This document shows, piece by piece, positions 7,809 to 17,868 of a DNA stretch of 64,000 nucleotides (position 1 is its first letter; every line of letters begins with the position of its first letter). The notes under the pieces are model-generated. The model did no database searches, had not been told where the DNA came from, and worked only from the letters and a program-made list of their open reading frames with translations. The translations under genes and the position numbers were made by a program. The stretch comes from Acidobacteriota bacterium (lineage in GTDB: Bacteria > Acidobacteriota > Blastocatellia > Pyrinomonadales > Pyrinomonadaceae): the NCBI GenBank assembly GCA_038040505.1, contig JBBPID010000014.1:8588-72587 (forward strand), read 5' to 3'.

Positions 7809-9122
7809 ATGACGATCGAAGGGTCCGGAACCGGCACTGAAGTCGGCAATTATTTCGTCTCGAACTATCCACCGTTCTCGCAGTGGAAACCCGAGTTCGT
7901 CGGCGAAGCGCTGGCTGCCCTCGGCGAGCCGCCCAGGGTTAACGATCCGCTTGGTCTCTATATTCACATTCCGTTCTGTCGCAAGCGCTGCAAATTCTGC
8001 TACTTCAAAGTCTATACCGACAAAAACGCTTCAGAGATCGAGATCTATCTGGATGCGCTGATCAAAGAGAACGAGCTATATAGCCGCACGCGCGCCCTCC
8101 AGGGCAGGCAACTTCGGTTTGCGTACTTCGGTGGCGGCACTCCTTCGTACGTTAGTGAGAAGCAGCTTCATTACCTGGTTGATGGCCTCAATCGCCACGT
8201 GAGTTGGGCCAACGCCGAAGAGGTCACCTTCGAATGCGAGCCGGGCACTCTGCAAAAATCGAAACTTCAGACCTTGAAGGAAATTGGCGTAACCCGTCTC
8301 AGCCTCGGTATCGAACACTTCGACGATCAGATTCTGGAAGCAAATGGCCGCGCGCACCTTTCGCCGGAGATTTATCGCGCCTACGAATGGGCCCGCGAAA
8401 TAGATTTCCCTCAGATCAACATCGATCTGATCGCGGGCATGATGGGCGAGTCGGAAGCAAAATGGCGCGACACCGTGCGGCGGGCGATTGAGCTCGAGCC
8501 TGACTCAGTCACGATCTACCAGATGGAGCTGCCTTACAACACGGTCATTTCCCAGGAGATGATCAAGCAGGGCGTGGCTTCCCCCATCGCCGGTTGGGAA
8601 ACGAAGCGTCGCTGGTTGGATTACGCTTTCGAGCAGTTTCAAGAGCGCGGTTTCGTCATTGCCAGCGCCACTACCGTCGCGACGACGAAGAAGCCCTGCC
8701 GGTTTATTTATACTGACGCGCTCTGGCATGGCGGCGACATGATCGGGCTCGGCGTTTCGTCGTTCTCGCATTTCGGCGGCGTGAATTTTCAGAACGCGCA
8801 CAACTTCGAAGAATACGTGCGCCTCCTTAACAGCGATCGACTGCCGCTGTTGCGGGCCGTCTCGTTGACGCCCAAGCAAAGGTTGATTCGGGAAATGATT
8901 CTGCAGCTAAAGACGGGCTCGCTTGATACGAAATACTTTTTAACTAAGTTCGGAGTCGATGTCTGGCAGGAGTTTCAGCCGGTCTATGATCGACTAAGAA
9001 AAGAAGGGCTGCTTGACCGCAACAACGGCAACGTCGAGCTGTCGCGGCGCGGACTGCTCGAAGTAGAGCAGTTCCTCTGGGAGTTTTTTGAACCTGAAAT
9101 AAGAAGTGTTCGCTACGCCTAA
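7809..9122 (+). CDS. Radical SAM enzyme, HemN-like (coproporphyrinogen III oxidase family / class C type)
   Basis: 437 aa. LYIHIPFCRKRCKFCYF carries the CxxxCxxC cluster motif in HemN context. Also has FGGGTPS and a HemN_C-like tail. Confidence 0.85.
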   Translation: MTIEGSGTGTEVGNYFVSNYPPFSQWKPEFVGEALAALGEPPRVNDPLGLYIHIPFCRKRCKFCYFKVYTDKNASEIEIYLDALIKENELYSRTRALQGRQLRFAYFGGGTPSYVSEKQLHYLVDGLNRHVSWANAEEVTFECEPGTLQKSKLQTLKEIGVTRLSLGIEHFDDQILEANGRAHLSPEIYRAYEWAREIDFPQINIDLIAGMMGESEAKWRDTVRRAIELEPDSVTIYQMELPYNTVISQEMIKQGVASPIAGWETKRRWLDYAFEQFQERGFVIASATTVATTKKPCRFIYTDALWHGGDMIGLGVSSFSHFGGVNFQNAHNFEEYVRLLNSDRLPLLRAVSLTPKQRLIREMILQLKTGSLDTKYFLTKFGVDVWQEFQPVYDRLRKEGLLDRNNGNVELSRRGLLEVEQFLWEFFEPEIRSVRYA

Positions 9123-9128
9123 TATCTG

Positions 9129-10478
9129 ATGGAAACGAATAATAACAATTACGATGTCATTGTAATGGGCGGTGGTCCCGCCGGCAGCACCATAGCCAGC
9201 ATCTTGTCGCGCGAAGGGCGCCGGGTGGTGCTCTTTGAGAAAGAGGAGTTTCCGCGCCATCACATCGGCGAATCGCTGATGACTGACACCTACTGGACCT
9301 TCAAGCGGATGGGCCTGCTGGAAAAACTCAAGGAAAGCCCGTTCGTGCGCAAGTACAGTGTGCAGTTCGCCAACTCCGCCGGCCGTGAGTCGCGCCCTTT
9401 CTATTTTTTCGAAGCCATGCACCACGAGAGCGCCGTTACCTGGCAGGTGACGCGCGCCGTTTTCGACAAGATGCTGATCGAGCATGCGGCGGAACAGGGC
9501 GCTGCAGTGCATCAGGGAAGCGCAGTTAAGCAGGTGCTGTTTGAAGGAGATCGCGCCGTTGGTGTCGAGGTGCAGATGAAAGACGGTCGGCGGGAAACCT
9601 TTCGCGCGAAAGTGGTCGTTGATGCCACCGGACAGAGCGCCATGCTGTCCAATAAATTCCGCTGGCGGGTTCGCGATCCCAAGCTCAAGAAAGCAGTGCT
9701 TTATTCCTACTTCAAAGGCGCTCACCGCGAACCCGATCTCAACGGCGGGGCGACGCTGGTGCTGCGCACGCCGCCGGGCAGCAACGGGTGGTTCTGGTAC
9801 ATCCCACTCGAGGATGACGTGACGAGCGTCGGCATCGTCGCCGATCCTGAGTACCTGTTGAAAAACCGCGGGCAGGATCTGGCCAAGATTTTCGAGGAAG
9901 AAATTGAGAGGTGCGAGGCCTGCCACAAGCGCGTTGCCGAGGGCACGCGCATCGATAAGATCTATTCCATCCTTGACTACTCTTACCGCTCAAAACGGAA
10001 TTCAGGCGATGGCTTCATCATCATCGGCGACGCCTACGGGTTTCTTGATCCGATTTATTCTTCGGGAGTCTTGCTGGCGCTTAAGATGGCCGAGCTCGCG
10101 GCTGATGCGATTCATGATGCCTTCAAGCACGAAGACTTTTCCGCCGAGCGTTTGGGGCAGTTCCAATCCAAACTGGATCAGGGCATCGAGTCGATGCGCA
10201 AACTGGTTTACGCGTTCTACAACGAGGGTTTCAGCTTTGCGGGCTTCCTGAGAAAACATCCCGACCAGCGCACAAACATAATCAACTTGCTGATTGGCGA
10301 CGTGTTCCGCGACGGCGTGGATGAGGTCTATGGGCCGATGGCGGACTTTGCCGAGATTCCCCCGCCGCTTTATGAACAGATTGACGCTGCGCTTACCAAG
10401 ACCGATCCGGAGGAAGTGCTCTCCGCCAAGTACATGTATTTCGAGGATCGCGTTGCTGTCCCAGAGTCGGCGGATTGA
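9129..10478 (+). CDS. FAD-dependent oxidoreductase with flavin-dependent halogenase signature
   Basis: 449 aa, starting 6 nt after the radical SAM stop. Motifs: YDVIVMGGGPAGS (GxGxxG), FPRHHIGESL, GWFWYIPL (WxWxIP) and GDAYGFLDPIYSSG. Confidence 0.8.
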   Translation: METNNNNYDVIVMGGGPAGSTIASILSREGRRVVLFEKEEFPRHHIGESLMTDTYWTFKRMGLLEKLKESPFVRKYSVQFANSAGRESRPFYFFEAMHHESAVTWQVTRAVFDKMLIEHAAEQGAAVHQGSAVKQVLFEGDRAVGVEVQMKDGRRETFRAKVVVDATGQSAMLSNKFRWRVRDPKLKKAVLYSYFKGAHREPDLNGGATLVLRTPPGSNGWFWYIPLEDDVTSVGIVADPEYLLKNRGQDLAKIFEEEIERCEACHKRVAEGTRIDKIYSILDYSYRSKRNSGDGFIIIGDAYGFLDPIYSSGVLLALKMAELAADAIHDAFKHEDFSAERLGQFQSKLDQGIESMRKLVYAFYNEGFSFAGFLRKHPDQRTNIINLLIGDVFRDGVDEVYGPMADFAEIPPPLYEQIDAALTKTDPEEVLSAKYMYFEDRVAVPESAD

Positions 10479-10552
10479 AGACCGAACTCGCGTGGCGGCA
10501 AAGCCGCAAATTGTCATAACCTTTCGATCATTCTCCTGGTAACAACGCGCGG

Positions 10553-10975
10553 ATGATCCGGCTGAATATGAATTCCCATCGACTACAAGCGTGGTTGCTG
10601 CGATTGGCTGGTTCAGTCGAAATTCTTGCTTTCATAGCGGTGATTATGCCGCGCGACTGGATGGAAGTTGCCCATGCCTGGCTGGGGATGGGCGAGATGC
10701 CGGGCGGTCCCCTCATCATGTTCATGATCCGCCAGGCTTCCTACACCTATGGTATGCATGGGATTTCGCTTTGGGTTTTGGCTTCAGACGTGGTGAGATT
10801 TCGAACGCTCGTCCTGCTCAACAGCATTGCCTATCTACTCGCCGCGCCGGCGTTCTTTCTAATTGACTACACGTCGGGCATGCCCTGGTACTGGACGGTG
10901 ATGGATTCTCTTGGCTGTGGATTCTTTGGAGCAGCGCTGCTTCTGCTCAACCGAATTAATAAACCTGAAGTGTAA
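10553..10975 (+). CDS. Small integral membrane protein, unknown function
   Basis: 140-aa ORF with about 4 hydrophobic helices, on the same strand 74 nt downstream of the halogenase-like gene. Confidence 0.5.
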   Translation: MIRLNMNSHRLQAWLLRLAGSVEILAFIAVIMPRDWMEVAHAWLGMGEMPGGPLIMFMIRQASYTYGMHGISLWVLASDVVRFRTLVLLNSIAYLLAAPAFFLIDYTSGMPWYWTVMDSLGCGFFGAALLLLNRINKPEV

Positions 10976-10994
10976 CCAGGCGTTCTTCCACGTT

Positions 10995-12248
10995 CTACTT
11001 ACCCTCAATCGCCAGCGATCTCAAAGTCGTTTCATCCTTAATCAGAATCCGCTTACCAAGCACCAGTGGATGGGCCCAGGTCGGACTGGCGGCGACGGTG
11101 TACTGCGCCACCGGTGAATAAGTTTTAGCGCCCGCCGGCTGGACGATGAGGTTGCCATCGTTGGTTAAGAACAGCAGGGCCTTGCCGGCGAGATTCAGGA
11201 TCGCCGCGTTCTCTCCCATGCGGCCGGGACTTTGCCAAACGGTCTTTCCAGTGTCCGCATCGATCGCAAAGAACTGACCCTTCTGTCTCGCCGTCATGCC
11301 AAACAGAACATTTCCTTCCAGCACCGGCGTGTTCAAATACAACTCGGCGTCTTTGTTGACCCACACCTGCTGCGGAACGATCTCCGCGCCCTGTTTCACC
11401 AAACGAAATGCTGACAGACCCTGCTCTTCCCGGGAGATGATCACCATGTCTTTGTAAGGGACGACCGTGTTCGAGTTCTCGTCGTATTGGGTTTTGGACG
11501 GGAGCTTCCACAGGATCTTTCCGGTCGCAAAGTCGACGCCCACCACGTCCTTTTGCATGAAGGTAACAATCTGTTTCGTACCGGCCGCGGTGATGATGAT
11601 CGGCGAAGCGTAAGCCGGGCCATCAGCATTGTTCGACCATTTGGTCACGCCGGTTTGAGCGTCGAAAGCAGTGAGCGCGCCTTTGTCGTGGCCGCCAACA
11701 TGCGCGATCACTAGTCCGCTATCAACGACCGGAGACATTGCGGTGCCAAAGAGTGGCGAAGTCTTCGGGTAGTCCTTCGAGAATTCACGCCGCCATTTAA
11801 GCTTGCCAGTGGCCGCATCGTGAGCTGAAAGAACGCCGGAGATACCAAAGGTGTAAACCATACCATTGGCAACCACTGGTGTAGCCTTCGGACCTTTGCC
11901 GTGGGCGACGGCAGCGGGATGCATTTCATAGGCAATTGGCTGGGCCCCCGATCTCCAAATCTCTTTTCCGCTGGTGGCATCGAGGCACATCAATAGTTCC
12001 TCTTCACCCTGGCGCGCGAAGACATAAATGCGGCCGTTCGACTCGACCGGCGAAGCGTGACCGACGCCCACCGTTACTTTCCATTGTTCAGTCAGAGTCT
12101 TGGGCCAGACTTCAGGCACAAAAGCGTCCTTCACCATCCCGTCGCGGTTGGGACCGCGCCACTGCGGCCAGTCGCCCGCCACTGAAAGCAGCGAAGCCAG
12201 GAGTGTGATCACAAGAAGGGTGCACTTGAATGACGTTCGCAATCGCAT
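10995..12248 (-). CDS. Secreted PQQ-like beta-propeller repeat protein, paralog 4
   Basis: 417 aa. Signal peptide ends LLSVAG, then DWPQWRGPNRDG. Blades: LMCLDATSGKEIWR, LSAHDAATGKLKWR, LTAFDAQTGVTKWS, VVGVDFATGKILWK, FFAIDADTGKTVWQ. AGGAGA RBS; the start lies 18 nt after the TonB-receptor stop. Confidence 0.85.
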   Translation of the reverse strand: MRLRTSFKCTLLVITLLASLLSVAGDWPQWRGPNRDGMVKDAFVPEVWPKTLTEQWKVTVGVGHASPVESNGRIYVFARQGEEELLMCLDATSGKEIWRSGAQPIAYEMHPAAVAHGKGPKATPVVANGMVYTFGISGVLSAHDAATGKLKWRREFSKDYPKTSPLFGTAMSPVVDSGLVIAHVGGHDKGALTAFDAQTGVTKWSNNADGPAYASPIIITAAGTKQIVTFMQKDVVGVDFATGKILWKLPSKTQYDENSNTVVPYKDMVIISREEQGLSAFRLVKQGAEIVPQQVWVNKDAELYLNTPVLEGNVLFGMTARQKGQFFAIDADTGKTVWQSPGRMGENAAILNLAGKALLFLTNDGNLIVQPAGAKTYSPVAQYTVAASPTWAHPLVLGKRILIKDETTLRSLAIEGK

Positions 12249-12266
12249 TTGAAGTCTCCTGATAAA

Positions 12267-15200
12267 TCAGAACAGAAGTTTGACTCCGAACTGGATGTGC
12301 CGCGGGTCGCGCGCCGACGTGATGCGGCCGAAAGTCGGCGAACCCAGAAAGTTGTCCGGCAAATTAAGGTTCGGATGATTGAAAAGGTTAAATGCCTCGG
12401 CCCGCAGCTGAAGCTTGAGGCTTTCAGTCAACGGGGTGTTTTTGACCAGCGACACATTCACGTTGTGATAGCCGGGGCCCTCGAGAATATTACGGCCGGC
12501 GTTGCCAAACGTACCTGGGGCCGGGAAAACAAACGCGGCGGTGTTGAACCATCGTTCCGGCGAACGCGCGGCCAGATTGGCGTCGCCGGTCAGGTTCGGC
12601 CTATCGTTGGCGCCAAAGCCAAGCGCTGAACGTCCGGTGCCGCTGTTGTCGAACTCCGGAACCAGCGCGACCGTGAAAGGCCGGCCCGTTTGCATCGTGA
12701 CAATTCCGAGAGTCTGCCAGCCACTCAGGAAGCTCGAGATCCAACCGCTGTCCGCCAGATACGCTTTTCCCTTTCCGAATGGCAGGTCATAGCTGTAACT
12801 CACTGATAGCCGGTGGCGCACATCGAAATTGGAACGGCCCCGTTCCGCCGCCGGGTTGTTGCTGTCCTGGGGGAAATTCGGATCGCCCGCGCTGCTGAAG
12901 AAATTCGAAGCGTCATCGGTCGACTTTGACCAGGTGTAGGAACCCAGAGCTGTCAGCCCAAAATCAAGGCGCTGCTGAAAACGTACTTGTAGACTGTCAT
13001 AGCGCGAGCTGGCCCGCGATTCGAGTTCCGTGATGTCGTCAAAAAATGGATTCGGCCGCGGCACAAACGGCAAACCGGGAGGCAGAACACTCGGCGGCGG
13101 CTGATTGATGTCGCGGGCTGATAAAAGATTACTGCCTTTCGACCCAACATAGGCTATCTCGAGCACACGGCTCTTGCCGAGCTGCTGCTGAACATTCGCG
13201 CTCCAATGCTGCATGTACGCCGTCTTCAGGTCGCGCTGAATCGCCAGCGCCGAATCGGGCAAAGGAAAGGGAAAGAACGCCGGGAACGGATTGTTCAGAG
13301 TCAGGGGCAGTCCGGGCAAAGAGAAGAATAGGTTGAAGTCAAAGTAAGGCGCGTTGAAATAGAGCGCTTCGCCGGGCGCCAGCGCTGACTGGTCGTAGTA
13401 AACGCCATAGCCCGCGCGGACGACAGTGTTTCCCCGGTCGCCGATAGTCCACGCCAGCCCGACGCGCGGCGCAAAGTTGTTTCGATCCGGGTGAAAGCCG
13501 CTGCGCGGTACACCCGCGGTCCCGACGGGCACGAGCCTTCGCGTCGTCGGGTCGTAGATGTTGGCGCGGTCAAAAGCATCAACCGGCGGCGAGTTGTATT
13601 CGTAGCGGAGTCCGCCGATCAGAGTCAGGTTTCGGCTCACTCTAAAGCTGTCGTTGACGAAGAAGTTGTAACTGTTGCTGCGCAAGTGTTGCGCGTTATC
13701 GACTCTCGCTCCGCCGGTCACCAGCGGAAATCCCAGCAGCAGATCACCCAGGGCATTGAAGGTGATTTGGCCGAAGGGCGAGAACTGAATCAAGCCGCGT
13801 GACTGCACGTCGCGAAAAGCATTCTGCTGCACAAAGCGAATGTCAGCCCCGAACTTCAGCAAATGCTTGCCACGCGAGTAAGTCGCCGTGTCGAGAATCT
13901 GAAAAGTATTCGTGACGCTGTTCTGCGGATTGTTGCCTTCGTGGCCCAGCGGCGAGAAGCCACTCACCGTGATGAAGCTCAGGCCAAAGTCGCGCGGATT
14001 CGATGATAGCTCAGGCAGACCGACAGCCCGGTTGATGCTCGTTGGCGATCCTTCCTGACTAACCGCTGAGGCGACGCGATTGAACGCAAAGCGCAAATCA
14101 TTGACCAGCGTTGGCGAAAAGACGTGGGTCTCGCTGATCATCGCGTTCTGACTGCGTCGAGTCACGTCGTTGCCATACCCGGGCACTACCGAAAAACCTG
14201 ATCCGGCAAAAGGCTCAAACAGAGTGCGATCGCCGAAGCTGTAACGAAAAGCCAGAGACGATTTTGAATTGCGCAGGTGATCGACGCGCACGTCAAAGTG
14301 ATCATCGCGGTCACGCTGGACCGGCGAAGAAACAAAGTTGGCGAACGGAGTCGCCCGGTTAGGTGCTGGATACAGGGCCGCGATCCGGCGGCCGATGTCA
14401 TTGATGCGAAAGTCGGGAATCCGGCCGCCAGGAAACGGCAAACCCGTGAAGGGATCTATCGGTACACCGAAAAAACTCCCGTTAAAGTTGCCCGAGCGCT
14501 CGGCCAAAGTCGGAACATTGGTTACCCGGGTAATTCCTTCACGCGCTCGAGTGCCTTCATAGTCAGTAAAGAAGAAGGTCTGGTCTTTTCGAATCGGCCC
14601 GCCCAGCGAAAAGCCGAACTGGTTGCGCAGGTACTTGGGCGCTGGTTCATTTGCCGGCGCAAAGAAGTTCTTCGCGTCCAGCGCGCCGTTACGATGAAAC
14701 TCGTAGATGCTGCCGTGCAGGTCGTTCGAGCCTGACTTGAGCACGACGTTAACCTGGGCGCCGGCGCTCCGGCCAAACGACGCGTCGTAGGTGCTCGTCA
14801 GAGTTTCGAATTCGCGGATTGCATCCACCGGCGGCCGAACGCCGAAGGTATTTAGTTTCGGATCGACGTTGTAAACGCCGTCGAGCAAAAAGTTGTTGCT
14901 GTCTTCGCGCGCGCCGTTGACGCTGAAAGAGAAGTCGCCACGCACTGAACCGGCTGAGCCCTGGGCTGCGGGCACAGCGCCGGGAACCAGCAGTGCTAAC
15001 TCAAAAAAGTTCCGACCGTCGAGCGGCAGTCCTTCGACCTGGCGGTTTTCAATGACAACACCGAGTGAAGCCGAGTCTTTCTTTAGTGAGGCTTCGGCGG
15101 TCGAATCAATTTCAATCACGTCAGGACCACTTAATGTCAACGTGACATTGATTCTCTGTTCCTGGTTAACAAGGACTTCAATCCTCTCGTCATGTTTCTT

Positions 15201-15461
15201 AAATAATTGCACCACTACTGAGAGACGGTAGATACCGGGAGCCAACCCGGCTATCGTGTATTCCCCCTCAGAGGTGCTAAGTGCGGTTCGCATCTCGCCG
15301 GTAGCGACGTTAGTAATCGTCACTTGTGCTCCCGGTATGGCCGCTTGATTGGGATCATAGACAGTTCCGCGCACCGATCCGCGATACGTTTGAGCTAACG
15401 CCGTGCTGGCACCTAGAAAGATCAGCGTTGAGATAAAAGCGAGCGAAAGGATGGACTTCAA
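12267..15461 (-). CDS. TonB-dependent outer-membrane receptor with N-terminal carboxypeptidase-regulatory-like domain
   Basis: 1064 aa, TTG start preceded by GAGGAG, with a signal peptide. N-terminal domain [29 protein letters not shown]...[15 protein letters not shown], then a long beta-rich barrel. The C-terminus QFGVKLLF ends in an aromatic residue. Confidence 0.9.
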   Translation of the reverse strand: MKSILSLAFISTLIFLGASTALAQTYRGSVRGTVYDPNQAAIPGAQVTITNVATGEMRTALSTSEGEYTIAGLAPGIYRLSVVVQLFKKHDERIEVLVNQEQRINVTLTLSGPDVIEIDSTAEASLKKDSASLGVVIENRQVEGLPLDGRNFFELALLVPGAVPAAQGSAGSVRGDFSFSVNGAREDSNNFLLDGVYNVDPKLNTFGVRPPVDAIREFETLTSTYDASFGRSAGAQVNVVLKSGSNDLHGSIYEFHRNGALDAKNFFAPANEPAPKYLRNQFGFSLGGPIRKDQTFFFTDYEGTRAREGITRVTNVPTLAERSGNFNGSFFGVPIDPFTGLPFPGGRIPDFRINDIGRRIAALYPAPNRATPFANFVSSPVQRDRDDHFDVRVDHLRNSKSSLAFRYSFGDRTLFEPFAGSGFSVVPGYGNDVTRRSQNAMISETHVFSPTLVNDLRFAFNRVASAVSQEGSPTSINRAVGLPELSSNPRDFGLSFITVSGFSPLGHEGNNPQNSVTNTFQILDTATYSRGKHLLKFGADIRFVQQNAFRDVQSRGLIQFSPFGQITFNALGDLLLGFPLVTGGARVDNAQHLRSNSYNFFVNDSFRVSRNLTLIGGLRYEYNSPPVDAFDRANIYDPTTRRLVPVGTAGVPRSGFHPDRNNFAPRVGLAWTIGDRGNTVVRAGYGVYYDQSALAPGEALYFNAPYFDFNLFFSLPGLPLTLNNPFPAFFPFPLPDSALAIQRDLKTAYMQHWSANVQQQLGKSRVLEIAYVGSKGSNLLSARDINQPPPSVLPPGLPFVPRPNPFFDDITELESRASSRYDSLQVRFQQRLDFGLTALGSYTWSKSTDDASNFFSSAGDPNFPQDSNNPAAERGRSNFDVRHRLSVSYSYDLPFGKGKAYLADSGWISSFLSGWQTLGIVTMQTGRPFTVALVPEFDNSGTGRSALGFGANDRPNLTGDANLAARSPERWFNTAAFVFPAPGTFGNAGRNILEGPGYHNVNVSLVKNTPLTESLKLQLRAEAFNLFNHPNLNLPDNFLGSPTFGRITSARDPRHIQFGVKLLF

Positions 15462-15781
15462 CTGTTTTCTCCTCGGTCGTTTAATGGCTGGTGCTGTTGC
15501 TAAGAGCGAACTGCCCGGGGTCCGCTCATTATCACTGAAACTGCCGTAATTGTCGCGGCGGAAAGCTTAGTGTAATGCAATGTCGCACGTTCGGTGTGCG
15601 CGGATCAAAAAATTTACAATTCTTAACAAATGACGAGCTTCGAATCGTCCCCTTCGATGGTAACCTCTCGACAAAGGATCGATGTCCGGGTGCAAAATCT
15701 TTCTTAATCGTAAGAGTGAACTGCTAGAATAACGGCCGTCTCAACGTTCATTACGATTAACTCGGTTGGAGGGTTGCACTA

Positions 15782-16231
15782 ATGCTCTGGATTCTCTTTG
15801 CTTTGGGCGCGGCGCTTTCCTGGGGACTCTACGGGCCGGTTTTGCACCGCGGCCAGGTGGCGCTGGGAAGTCCCATGCGCGCGCTGTTGTGCGTGGGAGT
15901 GGCGTATTTCCTGATTGGCGTGCTGGTTCCGCTCGGCAGTCTTTCAACTCAGGGCGGGTTGCAGGGATTCACGATGAAGGGCTCGATGTCGGCTGTACTC
16001 GGCGGCGCGCTCGGGGCGCTCGGGGCCATCTGCATCATCTTTGCTTTCAAATACGGCGGCCTTCCGACCTATGTCATGCCGCTGGTTTTCGCGGGCGCGC
16101 CGCTGGTGAACGTGCTTTTCTCAATGTGGCTGCACCCGCCCAAGACGGCCCCGAATCCGCTGATTTACGTGGGATTCCTTTTGGCGGCAGCCGGCGCCGG
16201 AATGGTTTTGTATTTCAAGCCACAGGCTTAG
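15782..16231 (+). CDS. Small multi-pass membrane protein (possibly half-size DMT/EamA-like)
   Basis: 149-aa ORF with 4-5 hydrophobic helices. The overlapping ORF in another frame (15766-16251) looks like a GC artefact. Confidence 0.55.
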   Translation: MLWILFALGAALSWGLYGPVLHRGQVALGSPMRALLCVGVAYFLIGVLVPLGSLSTQGGLQGFTMKGSMSAVLGGALGALGAICIIFAFKYGGLPTYVMPLVFAGAPLVNVLFSMWLHPPKTAPNPLIYVGFLLAAAGAGMVLYFKPQA

Positions 16232-16267
16232 GCTTGAGTGGTGAAGGTTGAGCTATCAATTCTTTTC

Positions 16268-16382
16268 ATTAACACCGTGGCTTTAGCCCGGTGACCCAGT
16301 TAGGTGGAAGGAAGTGAAACCGTTTAAACGGTTTCCCGTTTCGGGTGGCTCTAGATCACAGGGCTAAAGCCGCGGTGCTAAT
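16268..16382. repeat. MITE-like palindromic element, family C copy 1 (central GAAACCGTTTAAACGGTTTC)
   Basis: Ends attaacaccgtggctttagccc / gggctaaagccgcggtgctaat are inverted complements. It shares the central 20-nt palindrome with 20975-21096. Confidence 0.85.
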
Positions 16383-16507
16383 AAGACAACAGCGAAGGCG
16401 CATAACTTAACAAAGCGGCGGCGAACGCCAGAAGCCCATATTTGCATCCGCTTATCAATGCAGGTTGATCTCCCCGAGAGCGCGGAAACTTAACGGAGAA
16501 TATATCG

Positions 16508-17737
16508 ATGAAAAACCTACGCGTGATTTTGACCGGCAGCGCGATTCTTATTCTTTCATTTGCCTTTCAGGCATTCGGCCAGACCGGCGGCGAATGGCCG
16601 CAGTGGCGCGGCGCAAATCGTGACGGCATCTCGAAAGAGACGGGATTGTTAAAGCAATGGCCCACGGGTGGTCCACCGCTGGTTTGGAAAGCTGCGGGCG
16701 CGGGCGGTGGCTATTCCTCGTTTTCGATTTCCAAAGGCCGCTTGTACACGATGGGATTACGAGGCGACCGCGAATACGTCATCGCGTTTGACCTGGCCAA
16801 CGGGAAAGAAGTCTGGGCGACGGCGCACGGCGGCGCCTTTCGCAATGACCGCGGCGATGGACCACGCGGAACGCCTACCATTGATGGCGAGAAGCTATAC
16901 GCGCTGGGCGGCAAAGGCGACCTTTCGTCCCTGGATCTGAAAACCGGAAAAGTCATCTGGTCAGTGAACCTGCTGTCGAAATTTGGCGGCTCGAATATCC
17001 GGTGGGGCATCAGTGAGTCGCCGCTGGTGCTGGGAGATAAGGTGATCGTGAACGCCGGCGGACCGGGCGCTTCGATCATGGCCCTCAAGAAAACGGATGG
17101 TTCGTTGATCTGGAAGAGTCAGAGCGACGAGGCCGGATATTCTTCCGGCATACCGCTGGAGATTGGCGGCACGACGCAGGTCGTTTTCTTTACGGCTACG
17201 CGGGGGTTGGGTCTTGATTCTCGTGACGGCCGCTTGTTGTGGGAATACACGCGTCCATCCAACGATGTCGCCAACATTGCGACGCCGGTGGTACGCGGCA
17301 ACCGCGTGTGGATCTCTTCGGACTATGGCACCGGCGGCGGCGTGGTTGAGATCAAAGCCGACGGTAAGGCCCAGGAAGTTTATTTCACCAAGGAGATGCG
17401 CAACCATCACGCGACTTCAATTCTGATCGGCGATCATCTCTATGGTTTCTCAAGCAGCATTCTCACGGCCATGCGCTTTGATACCGGCGAGGTGGCCTGG
17501 CGTGATCGCAGTGTGGGCAAGGGCTCGCTCACTTACGCCGACGGCAACCTTTATGCTTTCAGTGAAAACGGTGTGGTGGGTCTGGTCGAGGCGAACCCAA
17601 CGGCTTATAAAGAGAAGGGCAGGTTCCAAATCCAGCAGGGGTCGCTACCCACCTGGACGCATCCGGTAGTTGCGGGCGGCCGGCTTTACCTGCGCGACCA
17701 GGACACGATTTATGCGTTTGATGTGAAAGCTAAGTAG
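16508..17737 (+). CDS. Secreted PQQ-like beta-propeller repeat protein, paralog 5
   Basis: 409 aa. Signal peptide precedes GGEWPQWRGANRDG. Blades: VIAFDLANGKEVWA, LSSLDLKTGKVIWS, IMALKKTDGSLIWK, GLGLDSRDGRLLWE, LTAMRFDTGEVAWR. GGAGA RBS. Confidence 0.85.
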   Translation: MKNLRVILTGSAILILSFAFQAFGQTGGEWPQWRGANRDGISKETGLLKQWPTGGPPLVWKAAGAGGGYSSFSISKGRLYTMGLRGDREYVIAFDLANGKEVWATAHGGAFRNDRGDGPRGTPTIDGEKLYALGGKGDLSSLDLKTGKVIWSVNLLSKFGGSNIRWGISESPLVLGDKVIVNAGGPGASIMALKKTDGSLIWKSQSDEAGYSSGIPLEIGGTTQVVFFTATRGLGLDSRDGRLLWEYTRPSNDVANIATPVVRGNRVWISSDYGTGGGVVEIKADGKAQEVYFTKEMRNHHATSILIGDHLYGFSSSILTAMRFDTGEVAWRDRSVGKGSLTYADGNLYAFSENGVVGLVEANPTAYKEKGRFQIQQGSLPTWTHPVVAGGRLYLRDQDTIYAFDVKAK

Positions 17738-17744
17738 TAACGAA

Positions 17745-17840
17745 AGCAGCGGATAAGGACGATCCACGAAAACACACGAAATTAGAAATCATTGTTCGTG
17801 AAGCTTCGCGTGTTTTGGTGGATCGTTCTTGTCCGCTGCT
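17745..17840. repeat. Family A copy 3
   Basis: Arms agcagcggataaggacgatccacgaaaacacacgaa and ttcgcgtgttttggtggatcgttcttgtccgctgct are inverted complements. Confidence 0.85.
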
Positions 17841-17868
17841 GGACAAAACAAATCGGGGCACGAGCGTC

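Noticed and set aside
15462-15781. Riboswitch (e.g. cobalamin) or Fur-type operator upstream of the TonB-dependent receptor
   Set aside because: I could not find a B12-box-like core or any convincing conserved riboswitch motif or strong palindrome by eye. An Infernal scan would be decisive.
15766-16251. 161-aa ORF overlapping the 149-aa membrane-protein ORF in another frame
   Set aside because: Its translation is Arg/Gly/Ala-rich and non-hydrophobic. The 15782 frame gives coherent transmembrane helices.
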